A stretch of 64,000 nt of DNA. It comes from a virus (lineage: Duplodnaviria; Caudoviricetes). The stretch spans positions 7,453 to 71,452 of IMG/VR virus record IMGVR_UViG_3300011923_000008. The stretch is one strand, 5' to 3'. The position numbers and the translations under genes are program-made. Under the pieces are notes generated by a model. The model was not told the DNA's origin, did no database searches, and saw only the letters and a list, made by a program, of their open reading frames with translations. Positions 1 to 9,294 of the stretch are shown one piece after another (the stretch's first letter is position 1; each line of letters starts with the position of its first letter).

Positions 1-3000
1 CGTACTTGCGGATACCGTTGATGGTGCGCAGCTTGGTGGCGTTCAAGTCCCACATCTTGGCGTCTACCGTGCGCTCGGTGGCATAGGCCAGCAGCTCCAC
101 CTCGAAGTCCTCGCCGTACTTCTCCAGCAGCTTGTTGCCCTGGCGGATGGCCCGGCCCTCGCGCTGCTCGATGTCGCTGGGCTTCCAGGTCACATCCACA
201 TGGTGAAGCGCCACGATGCGCTGCTGCACGTTGGTGCCGGCGCCCATGCGCGGGGTGGAGCCCAGCAGCACGCGCACCTTGCCGCCGTTGACCGCATCGA
301 ACAAAGCCGCCTTCTGCTCATCGTTGTTCGCCTCCTGCACAAAGCGGATTTCCTCGGCAGGGATGCCCGCGGCGATCAGGTTGTTCTTGATCTGCTGGTA
401 GGCGCTCCAAGGCGAAGACTGCGCCAGCCGCAGCTCTGCAATCTCGTTGGCGTCGTAGCGGTCCAGTGCCTCCTGCACTTCATCGAAGGCCTCTTGGTCG
501 TCCACGCGCAGCGCTTCGGAGCGCTTGGCCACCAGGTCGTCGTATTCCTTGAGAATCTTGTCGTCGCCCTTGGCCTTGGGCACTGAGCGATCCAGAAAAA
601 CCAGTTGCGTGCCCAGATCGGGCGTCCACTTGTCGTAGATGCGCTTGATGTTCTCGGCCACCACCTGCAGCTTGCCGCCTTCTTCCTGGCTGGCGCTGCG
701 CGGGTCCACGGCCCGGATGTCCAGGGACAGCTTGCGGGCGCGGTCCATCAGGCGCAGGCGCTCGGCGTTGCGCTCGTAGGGGTCTTGGATGTCGTCCAGC
801 TCGTCGAAGCTGTCCATCACGGCTTTCAGCTCCGCATCTTGGGCGGGCGTTGGCTTGATCGGTACCAGTTGGCGGTCTTTGCCCCCGGCGATCTTGGGCA
901 CCGGGAAGGCGGCGCCGTTGTTGTCCTCGGCGTAGAAGCGCTTGATGTCTTCCAGGCTCACGGCGTCCGTGGTCTGGTAGTAGAGGTCCATGAGCGAGCG
1001 CATGTTGGACCAGGTGCGGCCCAGGCGCGTCACCTGCTTGAGGCGGCCCGATTCCGTGGGCTCAAACGCTGGGGTGGCCTCCACGAACTGGGCGCGGAAG
1101 GCATCGAAATGGGTCAGCCCCATTTCCTGCAGCGAGTCGGCGGCCAAGTAACGCAGCATGGTGAACATCTCCACCGCGCTGTTGCTGATGGGCGTACCCG
1201 TCAGGAACGTGACGCTGCCCGTGGGCTGATCGCGCAGCACGCGCACCTTGTTGTAGAGGTCGTTGGCCTTGCGAGAGCCGGTCTTGTCGCCCATGCCGCG
1301 CACGCCGGTCAGGTTGGACGAGTAGTAGAGGTTCTTGAACTCGTGGGCCTCGTCCACGCTCATGTCATCCACACCCAGCTGCTCGAAAGTCAGCAGGCGG
1401 TCGCGCACGCCCTCGGCCAGGCGATCCATGCGGCCCTGGATTTTCTCGGCCAGGCGTTCGGCCTCCTTGACGTTGAACGGCTTGCGGCGGCCGGTGTCCT
1501 GCCCGTCCTCGCGCGCTTGCTCCCAGGCGTCCTCAATGGCTGCTTGGGCCTGGGCCATTTCCTGCTCCAGGTAGCGGCTTTCGGTTTCGGGCGCAATGCC
1601 GATGAAACCGAAGGACGAATGCGGCACGATCACGATGTCCCAATCGCCCGTGGCGATCTTGCCGAACAGGCGACGGCGGCGCTTGGCCTCGAAGTCCTTC
1701 TTGCCGGCGGCGAGCACCTTGGCGCCCGGGTAAAGGCGGTACACGTCCGCCTCCCACTGCTCCACCAGGTGGTTGGGCACCACGATCATGGGCTTGCGCG
1801 ACAGACCCATGCGGCGGCGCTCCATCGCGCGGGCGATGGCGGTGAAGGTCTTGCCAGCGCCCACGGCGTGATCCACCAGCGTGAAGCGCTCATAGATGCC
1901 GCGCCAAATGGCGTTCATCTGGTGGCGGCGCATCTTGATGATGGTGTCGGGCACCTTGCCGGGCAGCTGCAGGTGCTGGCCGTTGAACTGGCGTACCACC
2001 CGGGTGTTGAACTTCTCGTTGAAGATGTCCACCAGGCGCTGGCGCCGCTCGCCGTCCTTGAATACCCAGTCGCCGAACTCCGCTTCAATCTCGCGGGCCT
2101 TGAGTCCGGCCAGCGCGGTCTTTTCCTTGTCGATGTAGGTGTTGCCGTCCGCATCGCGGGCCGTCACGGTGACGGCCTTGCTGTTGAGGATGCGCGAGAC
2201 GATGTAATCGACCGGCGCGCCCTCGGTGCTCCAGTTGGCCAGCGCCGCGCGGTCGGAGCTGTTCACCGTCACGTTGAAGCTGTTGGTGAGCGCAGAGAAC
2301 GACACGCGGGCCTTGCCCCCGGCCAGGTGCTGCACAAACTCCCCGTAGACATCGGCCGGCACCCAGGTGGCGCCCATGGTGGCCGCCACGTTTTCAGCGG
2401 TCCAGTCGGCGGGAATGACCTTCTCCAGCGCCTGCACGTTCTGCGCCAGCCCGGCCGCGCGGGCGGCGTTCAGCTTGCGCTTGACCATGCCCGACAGGTA
2501 GGCGTCGGCCGTCTCCCAGGCCTGCGTCTCGGGGTCTTGGAACACCAGGGGATCGGCGCCTTTCTGCAGCTGCTGCGCGGCCTCGGCCTCATTCACACCC
2601 AGCAGCGAGGCAATGCGTTCCAAGTCCACCCGGCCGCGCTCGGCCAGCGTGATCGCCAGGGCATCCGATGCCGTGGCGGCCTTGGTCGCTGGCTCGTACT
2701 TGGGCACCACGCGCTCACGCAGGATCGGCGCAGACTGGGCCTGCTCCTTCTGCGCGGGCAGCCCCGAGCGCGCGGCCTGGTCGGCAGAGCGCGCGGGCTG
2801 GTAGCCCACTTCCAGGGCAGCCACCAGCCCACCATCGGGCATGGTCATGGCCATCTTGAGGTTGGTGGCGCGGTTGACCGGGCCATTCGCCTTCACAAAA
2901 GCCTCGTAGGCCTTGGCCAGCGCCTTGCGGTTGCCCTCCATCACGGCTTGCGCCGCGTCGGCGGTTTCCAGCACCAGCTGGCGCTTGAGCAGATCGCGCA

Positions 3001-6000
3001 GTCCCACCAGGCCCTGCAGGCGCTGCATGCCCAGCTTGCCCAGGCGCATCGACTCGGGCACATCGGCCGGCGTGTCGAACACCTTGCGCTCGTACAGGTT
3101 GCGGCGGGTTGGCGTGCCGTCCTCGCCCAGCACCTTGAGTTTCTTGCCGTCTGCGTCGATCGCCTGCTCGAGCACGTACCACTTGCCGTTGGCGTCCTGG
3201 CTGAGCGCTTCGCTCCAAGGGCTATTTTCGTTGATCGGCTGATAGGCAAACTCGAAGTCACCCTCGGGCGTCTCGCGCTCGATGACGCGCTGCAGGCCTT
3301 CGGGCGTGCTCTTGACGTGGCCGGCTTCCTCGTTGGAGACGGCGATGCGCAGGGCATCGCTCATGCCCTTGTGGCGGGCCGCAATGCCATCCAGCACCTG
3401 CTGGTCAACGCTGTGGACGTTCTCAGGCAGGCGGTTGGTGGCCTCGCGCAGCAGTGCGCCCAGGTCGGTCTGCTTGTCCAGGCGCACCGTGATGTCGGCG
3501 CCGTGCTGCATCGAGCCCGAGCGCTCCATGACACCCAGCACGTTGCGGGCGTTGTCGCGGAAATAGGCGTTCACCGTCATGGGCTCGCCGCCCAGCGGGT
3601 CGGGCACCTGCACGGTTTCCACCCAGGCCGGTACCAGCGCGGCGGCGGCCTCGTCGGCGTCCTTCTTCTTGGCGGCCACCTTGCGGTATTCGGCTACGGC
3701 GGCCTGCATGGCCGCCTGCTCGCCGGCATCGAGCTTCTGGAAGATCAGGATGTCCGTGACCACCTCAGTGCGGGCGTTCTCCTTGAATGCCGTGTCAGGC
3801 AGGCGGAATGCGCTCACCAGCTTGGCCTGCTGGGCCAGCGCCAGCCGGGTGCTCTTGTCCTGCGCATCCATGAGGAAGCGCGACACCACCATGGCCTGCA
3901 GGCCACCGGGGCGCAGCGCATCCATGCCGGCGCGGAAGAACTGGTTATGGATGGAGACGCCCTGCAACTCGGGCTTGTACTGGAAGCGCAGCGACTCGCT
4001 GCCAAACGGCGGGTTGCCAATGTTCAGCATGAAAGCGTTGTCTGCCACCGGCACCTTCTGGAAACCGGAGTGCAGCACGGTCGCCTGCGGATACAGCGCC
4101 TGGCCGATGCGCGCGGTCAGGCTGTCGTACTCGATGCCCACGAACTGGTTGGCCATGTCCTTGGGCGCCAGGCCCAGGAAGTTGCCGGTACCCATGGACG
4201 ACTCCAGCACCAGGCCGCCCCGGTAGCCCAGGCGGCGCACCATGTCCCACATGGCCGACACCACTGTCTGCGAGGTGTAGTGCGCGTTGCGGGTGGAGCG
4301 GCGCGCGGCGGTGTATTCCTCCTTGGTCAGCAGATCGCGCAGCTGCTCGCCGCGCTCTTTCCACTTGTCCTTGAAGTTGCCGCTGATGGGCTCGGGGAAT
4401 GCGTTGGCCAGGCCGCCCCAGCCCACGTAACGCGCCAGCAGCGCCTGCTCGTCGGGCGTCGCGCGCCGGTTCTCGGCCTCAATGCGCTTGAGCGTGGTGA
4501 TGGCCGCCAGGTTGTCATTGAACTTTTGGACCTCGCCGCCCTTGCCCAGCCCCACATCGGCGGTGATTTGGAAGTCAGCAGCGGGGATGTTGGGGGCGCT
4601 TGCCTCGCCCCCAGGAACGGCTACACGCCCATCGACTTCCGGTACGCGCGCTCCTGCGCTGCCATCTCCTTGCGCTCCCAGGGCTCCAGGTTGGCGCCCG
4701 GCTCGGGCTTGAGCAGGACGAACTGCGGCAGGGCCACTTCCTCCGCTTCGTGCTGCTGGAAGCCCTGTTGCATCAGGTCCTGCACCTCCTGCTGCGTTGC
4801 CTTGCCGGCCGTCTGCAGTGCTTGCTCCAGCTCCCCGGCGGCTTTCAGGGCGGCCACCTTCTGCGGCAGCCACTTGGCCCAATGCTTGCGGGCCATCGCT
4901 TCGTATTGTTGTGCGCTCATTGCCCTTTTCCTCTATTTGTGGGACGCCAGGCGAAATGGTAGCAGCGCCCTCAGTTTCCCCCTCAGGTGTAGTCCGTTGA
5001 ATTTGTGCGAGTTCTGGCCGATACACCACCACGGTGGTAGCGTTCGGGTTGACGTTCCAGCCCTCGGGCGCATTGGGTTCCGTGAAGGCCAAACCGTCAT
5101 AGCCCAGATCCATTACGCGCTGGCGCAACTCAGCTGCCAACGCCTTGTCACCCACCGAAGTGTCGAAAAGGCGCTTCACCTCCTGATCCACCTGGCCCTG
5201 GCGCATGTCGAGAATCTTGGCCTCTGGCGCCAGCTTGACATTCATTTGAGCGCCATCGCCGTCAGCGAATGCGTTGGCCTGAGCCTCAGTCAGCCCCTTT
5301 CGATTTGCCGCCCTGCCAGAGGCCGCGCGCGCGAAGAAGGCCGCATAGCCCGGGTCCGATGTCAGGTAAACGCCTCGGCCTTGGTGGTCGTACCCAACAC
5401 CACGGGGCGCCCCATCGATCTTGAAGGCATCGAACTGTTCAGCAGAGCCGTGCAGCAGGTCCCCAAAGCTCGCACCATTCGCCACCGGCACAGCGCCAGC
5501 CTCGTCGGCCGCATCCAGAACAGAGGTAGCGGTATGCGCTTCGATGTCTGCTTTGTCTTCGACATCGATCACGGCACGCTTGGTGTCCACCCCCTTCTTG
5601 CCGCCAGCCATGGCAATGTAAGCCCCCTGCAGGTGGTCAAGGGTCAGCGCACCGGCCGCCTCGGCGCCCAGGTGCTCGCGGATCTGGTCCAGCGAGAACT
5701 TGGCCGCATCCTTGAACTTGTGATAGCCCAGGCGGAAAGCCGCGTCCAGCACGCGCGTGAGCACCGGCAGCAGCCTTTGCTCCTGCTCGGGCACCATGTT
5801 CATGCGCGTGTTCTTGCCCAGGATGTCGCCCAGGTCGGCCAGCGCATTCATCAGGTCGGCTTTGGCGCGGGTCTGGTCAGCGCTGGGCTTCTTGGCCGTT
5901 GCTGGCGCGGGCGCCTTGGCGGCTTCGATTTTGCCGGCCGGCTTCTTGGTCATGGCCGCGTCGCTCACCCAGGCCTTGAACTGGTCTTGCGTCATCTGGG

Positions 6001-9000
6001 TAATGGCGCCCAGACCGGTCCAGCCCTTGGCATAGTTGTCTAGGTAGGTCTGGCGCGCAGCAGTCTCATTGTCCGCGCCCAGCACCACCTTGTGCTCATC
6101 AAAGGTGCCGTCGCGATACACCTGGTCCACCACGAACACCGGCAGGCTGGGGTCGGTGGCCCGGTCGGTCAGGAAAACGTCCACATGATCCTTGTCCGCG
6201 CCCACGGTGCCCTTGAGGTAGCCGTAGTGGTTTTTCAGAGCTGGCCACTCGGGGCGGCGCTTACTGCCGGCAGGGTTCTCGATGCTGATGTCCAGGCCGT
6301 TGATCCGAACGTGCCCCTTCTTATAGTTACCCGCCTCAATTTGGGCCTCGGTGGGAGCGTCCAGGTCGTTTCGCTGGCTCGTTGCGGCTTCATGAGCCGC
6401 TTCGGTAACGGATACTGCGCCTCCTTTTGGCGCTGGCAGGGCGGACTGCTGCTGGGTTGCAACCGCTGGGCCGACATAAGGCAACTTGCCTGACGTGCGA
6501 TCATCATCAGCGCTCAATGCGTCGATAGCAGCATACAGCTCAGAAATTTTCGGGCTGAGTTTCTTCAGCGTCGCAGAAAGATCTTTCTCAGCACTTGCCA
6601 AGTCCGCACCCTCCAAAATGTCCGCAGCTTCTGCGAGCCCCAGTTGGACACTTCGGTACTGATAGGCTGCATCTAGTAGATCCTGCGGTAGCTTGGCAAT
6701 AATTGCCTCACCCTCCGGGGTCAGATCACCATCGTCGCGGGTGATCATTTCAATCACTTGCGTGCGGTGCCGTAGAACATTGGTATCAACTGCAGCTTGA
6801 GACACTTCTGGTGCGGCTATGGGTTGAATGGCATCGGCAATCTTGCGCTGCAGGTCACCGTTCAGGTTCGCCCATTGGGAGTTGGGCAGGTTCTTGGCAA
6901 TGATCGGCTTTACGCCATCCAGGCGCTTGGCGACGGCCTGGCGCTCGGCGACAGGCATACGGGTCCAGCTGGCGCCAGCATCATCGAGGCGCTGCGCGCG
7001 CTGGGCGCGGTCAGCTTCTTGCGTTTGAGCTTGCGCGCTTGGCGCTGGCGCTGCTTGCGCTCCAGGGTTCGCAGTCGGGGCGGCGCCATTGGTCAGCCCT
7101 TTGGCAGCAGTTGCAGGTGCAGCGCCAGCGCGTGCAGGGCCTTGACCTTGCGGTGCAGAGCCTGCTGCAGCCGGTGCTGCTCCTGCTTGCGCCGGTTGCG
7201 CGCCAGCCGGCTTGGTTTGAGCGGTTTCAAGGCCATTCGTTTGTGCTCCATTGGTTGCAGTGCCCGGCGCATCCTTGGCGCGGGCTTGAATCTCTTTCTG
7301 AATCTTTTTCTGCCGCGCGTGGTCGGCGGGCAGCAAGCTGGCCAGCTGGTGCAGCTCGTCGGTGCTCATGTCGGGCAGCACCTTGCGATTGAGCTGGGCC
7401 AGGGTCGCCACGTTGGCGCCCTGGGCCTGCACGCCTGGTGCCGCTGGCGCTTCGCTGCTGGCGCCCTGAATCTCGATGCTGTCCGGCACAGCGCCAGCGT
7501 CCTCTTGCACGCTGGCGAAAGCGCCGTCGCCACCCTCGGGCATCTCCGAGGCCGTCAGATCAGCCTGCAGCTCTGCCTGCAACTGAGCCTCCTGACGGCG
7601 GGTGCGGCGGCTGCTCAACTCCATCGCCAGCTGGCGGCGCACTTCCGGCGCTTGGGCAGTGCGATACAGATCCGACAGATCCGCGTCGCTCCACTGAGCA
7701 AAGTCCATTCCGCCGATTTCCCCGGTTTCGGGGTTCACCTCAGGCGCTTCCTGCTCCTTCTTGTCGGCGGGCTTAGCCTTCTCGACCTGCTCGGCCGCCT
7801 GCGCCAGCATGGATGCCTGCTGCAGCTGCGCGGTGACGCCGCTATCCACGGCCAGCGCTGCGGCGTTCTCCATCGTCCCAGCGGCAGGCCCAGGACGGAG
7901 GCCCATGGCTTCAGATGGGCGCGGCGCGGCAGCGCCTGTCGATTCGAGAATCTCGTCGTCCGGGCTTGACACAGCACGGCTGGCTGCGATCTGCGCATCG
8001 CGCTCGGCCTGGGCCTGGGCCTGCTGGCGCGCCAACGCCGCGGCGGCATCGGGCGGTGCAGTCTGTGGAACAGCAAGCTCGCCCTGCTCTTGCTGTTGCA
8101 GTGCCTGCAGGCGCAGGGCGAACTCGTCGCTTACGCGCTTGAGCCCCGGATTGGGGGCGGCGGGCGGCGCGTCCGTATCGGCTGGAGCTTCTTCACCGGG
8201 CGCGTCGCCTGGCTGGGCCTTCTGGCCAAAGGAATCGCGCACCCCCTTGAAGCCTGCGGCGCCCGCGCCCATGGCGCCACCGGACAGTACGCCCATGACG
8301 GCGGCAGAGTCCAGTTCTTCATACCAGGGCTTGTCGAGCGCGATGTTCTGGAAAATCTGCTCGGCCATCGACTGGGGCAGTTCTTCCAAGAAGCCCTCGG
8401 AGATTGCGCCCTCAATGACCTGGCGCGGGATGCCCTTGACGGCGGCCTCGGCCACCAGCGGATTGGCCGCAGCGGTGGCGGCCTTATCGGCTGCCTCCTT
8501 GTTCATGCCCTTGATGCCCTGCGCCAGCATGGTGTCAGCCTCGCCGATGCCGAGACGGTTGGCCACCTTGTTGCCCAGTGCCCCGAATGCGGTCGTAGCC
8601 GCGCCAGAAGCCAGCGATAGGCCGGCTTGGGTAGGCGTCAGCAGCCCATCCTTGGTTTCCTGGCGGATCTGCTCAGCAGCGGAGCCCGCGCCCACGACGC
8701 CTTCGCCCACAGCGCCAGCCACCCATGGTGCCACCTTGGGTGCCACTGCCAGCAGACCGCGTGCAGCCACGCCACCTGCGCCCATGCTCGGCAGCGATTC
8801 GCCAACGGCAGTAGCGATGAGGCTGGGATTTGAGAGCGCGACACCAGCCTTGTCCACGATGCCATCGGCTGCTTGGAACTTGCGTTGCGCTTCCTTGGTG
8901 GCGTCGGAGTGCCACTCGTTGACGATCTCCTTTGCCTCCTTGGGCCGGAAGCCGAAGGCGCCGCCTTCGTTCTCCAGCGCCTTGCCCACAGCGCCTCCGG

Positions 9001-9214
9001 TGGGGATGTCGGCCAGGCCTACCAGCGCCTCTGGCACCGCGATGGCGCCCTTCACTGCGGTAGCGGCAATGTCCTGGCCCCAACCCTTTAGGCCGCGCGG
9101 AGCAGCTGGGGCACTGGAAGCATCAGGGCCAAAGTCCTGTTTCCATGGCTCGGAGCCACCATCTGCGGACTTGCCGCCGTACTGTTCTTCCCAGGGTTTT
9201 TTTGCATCGGTCAT
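1..9214 (-). CDS. Giant polyvalent virion protein (>3071 aa, runs off left edge): N-terminal ejected-protein region, pyrophosphatase-like domain, ART-like domain, N6-adenine MTase, SNF2 helicase (DarB-like)
   Basis: Hand translation from ATG 9214 (MTDAKKPWEEQY) is in the same frame as ...DAKMWDLNATKLRTINGIRKY at position 2; absent from the track because no stop lies in the window. Motifs: DHVDVF/FDEHKVVLG (~6080-6190), HGS..GRGVYLT..GYDG (~5030-5465), LESSMGTGNF (~4180-4210), GNPPF (~4001-4018), DHAVGAGKT (~1846-1875), DEAHEFKN (~1331-1357). Confidence 0.93.
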   Translation of the reverse strand, partial: MTDAKKPWEEQYGGKSADGGSEPWKQDFGPDASSAPAAPRGLKGWGQDIAATAVKGAIAVPEALVGLADIPTGGAVGKALENEGGAFGFRPKEAKEIVNEWHSDATKEAQRKFQAADGIVDKAGVALSNPSLIATAVGESLPSMGAGGVAARGLLAVAPKVAPWVAGAVGEGVVGAGSAAEQIRQETKDGLLTPTQAGLSLASGAATTAFGALGNKVANRLGIGEADTMLAQGIKGMNKEAADKAATAAANPLVAEAAVKGIPRQVIEGAISEGFLEELPQSMAEQIFQNIALDKPWYEELDSAAVMGVLSGGAMGAGAAGFKGVRDSFGQKAQPGDAPGEEAPADTDAPPAAPNPGLKRVSDEFALRLQALQQQEQGELAVPQTAPPDAAAALARQQAQAQAERDAQIAASRAVSSPDDEILESTGAAAPRPSEAMGLRPGPAAGTMENAAALAVDSGVTAQLQQASMLAQAAEQVEKAKPADKKEQEAPEVNPETGEIGGMDFAQWSDADLSDLYRTAQAPEVRRQLAMELSSRRTRRQEAQLQAELQADLTASEMPEGGDGAFASVQEDAGAVPDSIEIQGASSEAPAAPGVQAQGANVATLAQLNRKVLPDMSTDELHQLASLLPADHARQKKIQKEIQARAKDAPGTATNGAQTNGLETAQTKPAGAQPAQAGAAPAAAGSAPQGQGPARAGAAPATAAKGLTNGAAPTANPGAQAAPAPSAQAQTQEADRAQRAQRLDDAGASWTRMPVAERQAVAKRLDGVKPIIAKNLPNSQWANLNGDLQRKIADAIQPIAAPEVSQAAVDTNVLRHRTQVIEMITRDDGDLTPEGEAIIAKLPQDLLDAAYQYRSVQLGLAEAADILEGADLASAEKDLSATLKKLSPKISELYAAIDALSADDDRTSGKLPYVGPAVATQQQSALPAPKGGAVSVTEAAHEAATSQRNDLDAPTEAQIEAGNYKKGHVRINGLDISIENPAGSKRRPEWPALKNHYGYLKGTVGADKDHVDVFLTDRATDPSLPVFVVDQVYRDGTFDEHKVVLGADNETAARQTYLDNYAKGWTGLGAITQMTQDQFKAWVSDAAMTKKPAGKIEAAKAPAPATAKKPSADQTRAKADLMNALADLGDILGKNTRMNMVPEQEQRLLPVLTRVLDAAFRLGYHKFKDAAKFSLDQIREHLGAEAAGALTLDHLQGAYIAMAGGKKGVDTKRAVIDVEDKADIEAHTATSVLDAADEAGAVPVANGASFGDLLHGSAEQFDAFKIDGAPRGVGYDHQGRGVYLTSDPGYAAFFARAASGRAANRKGLTEAQANAFADGDGAQMNVKLAPEAKILDMRQGQVDQEVKRLFDTSVGDKALAAELRQRVMDLGYDGLAFTEPNAPEGWNVNPNATTVVVYRPELAQIQRTTPEGETEGAATISPGVPQIEEKGNERTTIRSDGPQALGQVAAAEGGRPESRRGAGASTADGRQGNAAGGAGPDATGLPAARSGGSGPAAVRPAQARAGRQPGALGAQGDGSAGARVPEVDGRVAVPGGEASAPNIPAADFQITADVGLGKGGEVQKFNDNLAAITTLKRIEAENRRATPDEQALLARYVGWGGLANAFPEPISGNFKDKWKERGEQLRDLLTKEEYTAARRSTRNAHYTSQTVVSAMWDMVRRLGYRGGLVLESSMGTGNFLGLAPKDMANQFVGIEYDSLTARIGQALYPQATVLHSGFQKVPVADNAFMLNIGNPPFGSESLRFQYKPELQGVSIHNQFFRAGMDALRPGGLQAMVVSRFLMDAQDKSTRLALAQQAKLVSAFRLPDTAFKENARTEVVTDILIFQKLDAGEQAAMQAAVAEYRKVAAKKKDADEAAAALVPAWVETVQVPDPLGGEPMTVNAYFRDNARNVLGVMERSGSMQHGADITVRLDKQTDLGALLREATNRLPENVHSVDQQVLDGIAARHKGMSDALRIAVSNEEAGHVKSTPEGLQRVIERETPEGDFEFAYQPINENSPWSEALSQDANGKWYVLEQAIDADGKKLKVLGEDGTPTRRNLYERKVFDTPADVPESMRLGKLGMQRLQGLVGLRDLLKRQLVLETADAAQAVMEGNRKALAKAYEAFVKANGPVNRATNLKMAMTMPDGGLVAALEVGYQPARSADQAARSGLPAQKEQAQSAPILRERVVPKYEPATKAATASDALAITLAERGRVDLERIASLLGVNEAEAAQQLQKGADPLVFQDPETQAWETADAYLSGMVKRKLNAARAAGLAQNVQALEKVIPADWTAENVAATMGATWVPADVYGEFVQHLAGGKARVSFSALTNSFNVTVNSSDRAALANWSTEGAPVDYIVSRILNSKAVTVTARDADGNTYIDKEKTALAGLKAREIEAEFGDWVFKDGERRQRLVDIFNEKFNTRVVRQFNGQHLQLPGKVPDTIIKMRRHQMNAIWRGIYERFTLVDHAVGAGKTFTAIARAMERRRMGLSRKPMIVVPNHLVEQWEADVYRLYPGAKVLAAGKKDFEAKRRRRLFGKIATGDWDIVIVPHSSFGFIGIAPETESRYLEQEMAQAQAAIEDAWEQAREDGQDTGRRKPFNVKEAERLAEKIQGRMDRLAEGVRDRLLTFEQLGVDDMSVDEAHEFKNLYYSSNLTGVRGMGDKTGSRKANDLYNKVRVLRDQPTGSVTFLTGTPISNSAVEMFTMLRYLAADSLQEMGLTHFDAFRAQFVEATPAFEPTESGRLKQVTRLGRTWSNMRSLMDLYYQTTDAVSLEDIKRFYAEDNNGAAFPVPKIAGGKDRQLVPIKPTPAQDAELKAVMDSFDELDDIQDPYERNAERLRLMDRARKLSLDIRAVDPRSASQEEGGKLQVVAENIKRIYDKWTPDLGTQLVFLDRSVPKAKGDDKILKEYDDLVAKRSEALRVDDQEAFDEVQEALDRYDANEIAELRLAQSSPWSAYQQIKNNLIAAGIPAEEIRFVQEANNDEQKAALFDAVNGGKVRVLLGSTPRMGAGTNVQQRIVALHHVDVTWKPSDIEQREGRAIRQGNKLLEKYGEDFEVELLAYATERTVDAKMWDLNATKLRTINGIRKY
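4621..4920 (-). CDS. 99-aa helical protein nested in the +1 frame of the giant gene
   Basis: Protein-like sequence MSAQQYEAMARKHWAKWLPQKVAALKAAGELEQAL...; purine-rich SD GAGGAAAAGGG just upstream; host frame here is a low-complexity G/A/R/P linker. Confidence 0.72.
   Translation of the reverse strand: MSAQQYEAMARKHWAKWLPQKVAALKAAGELEQALQTAGKATQQEVQDLMQQGFQQHEAEEVALPQFVLLKPEPGANLEPWERKEMAAQERAYRKSMGV
7093..7236 (-). CDS. 47-aa basic peptide nested in the +1 frame of the giant gene
   Basis: MALKPLKPSRLARNRRKQEQHRLQQALHRKVKALHALALHLQLLPKG*; GGAG 9 nt before ATG; host frame is an A/P/G/Q linker. Below the track length cut-off. Confidence 0.45.
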   Translation of the reverse strand: MALKPLKPSRLARNRRKQEQHRLQQALHRKVKALHALALHLQLLPKG

Positions 9215-9220
9215 GCGCGC

Positions 9221-9262
9221 ATGCTCGGGCGCAAAGGGGATTGCGTCGAACCCTATACAGGG
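9221..9262 (-). promoter_or_regulatory. Late promoter copy 1 (giant gene), likely leaderless
   Basis: CCCTGTATAGGGTTCG-N20-GAGCAT-N6-ATG(9214). Confidence 0.75.
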
Positions 9263-9294
9263 CCGGCGTTATAGTGGCGGCAGGAGGTAACACA

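Noticed and set aside
605-6043. 1812-aa plus-strand ORF
   Set aside because: Antisense shadow of the GC3-rich giant gene; all recognisable motifs are on the minus strand.
7735-8076. 113-aa minus-strand alternative-frame ORF in the giant gene
   Set aside because: R/P/S-rich off-frame composition and no SD, unlike the two nested ORFs kept.
7761-9290. 509-aa plus-strand ORF
   Set aside because: Antisense shadow, A/S/P-rich with no motif.
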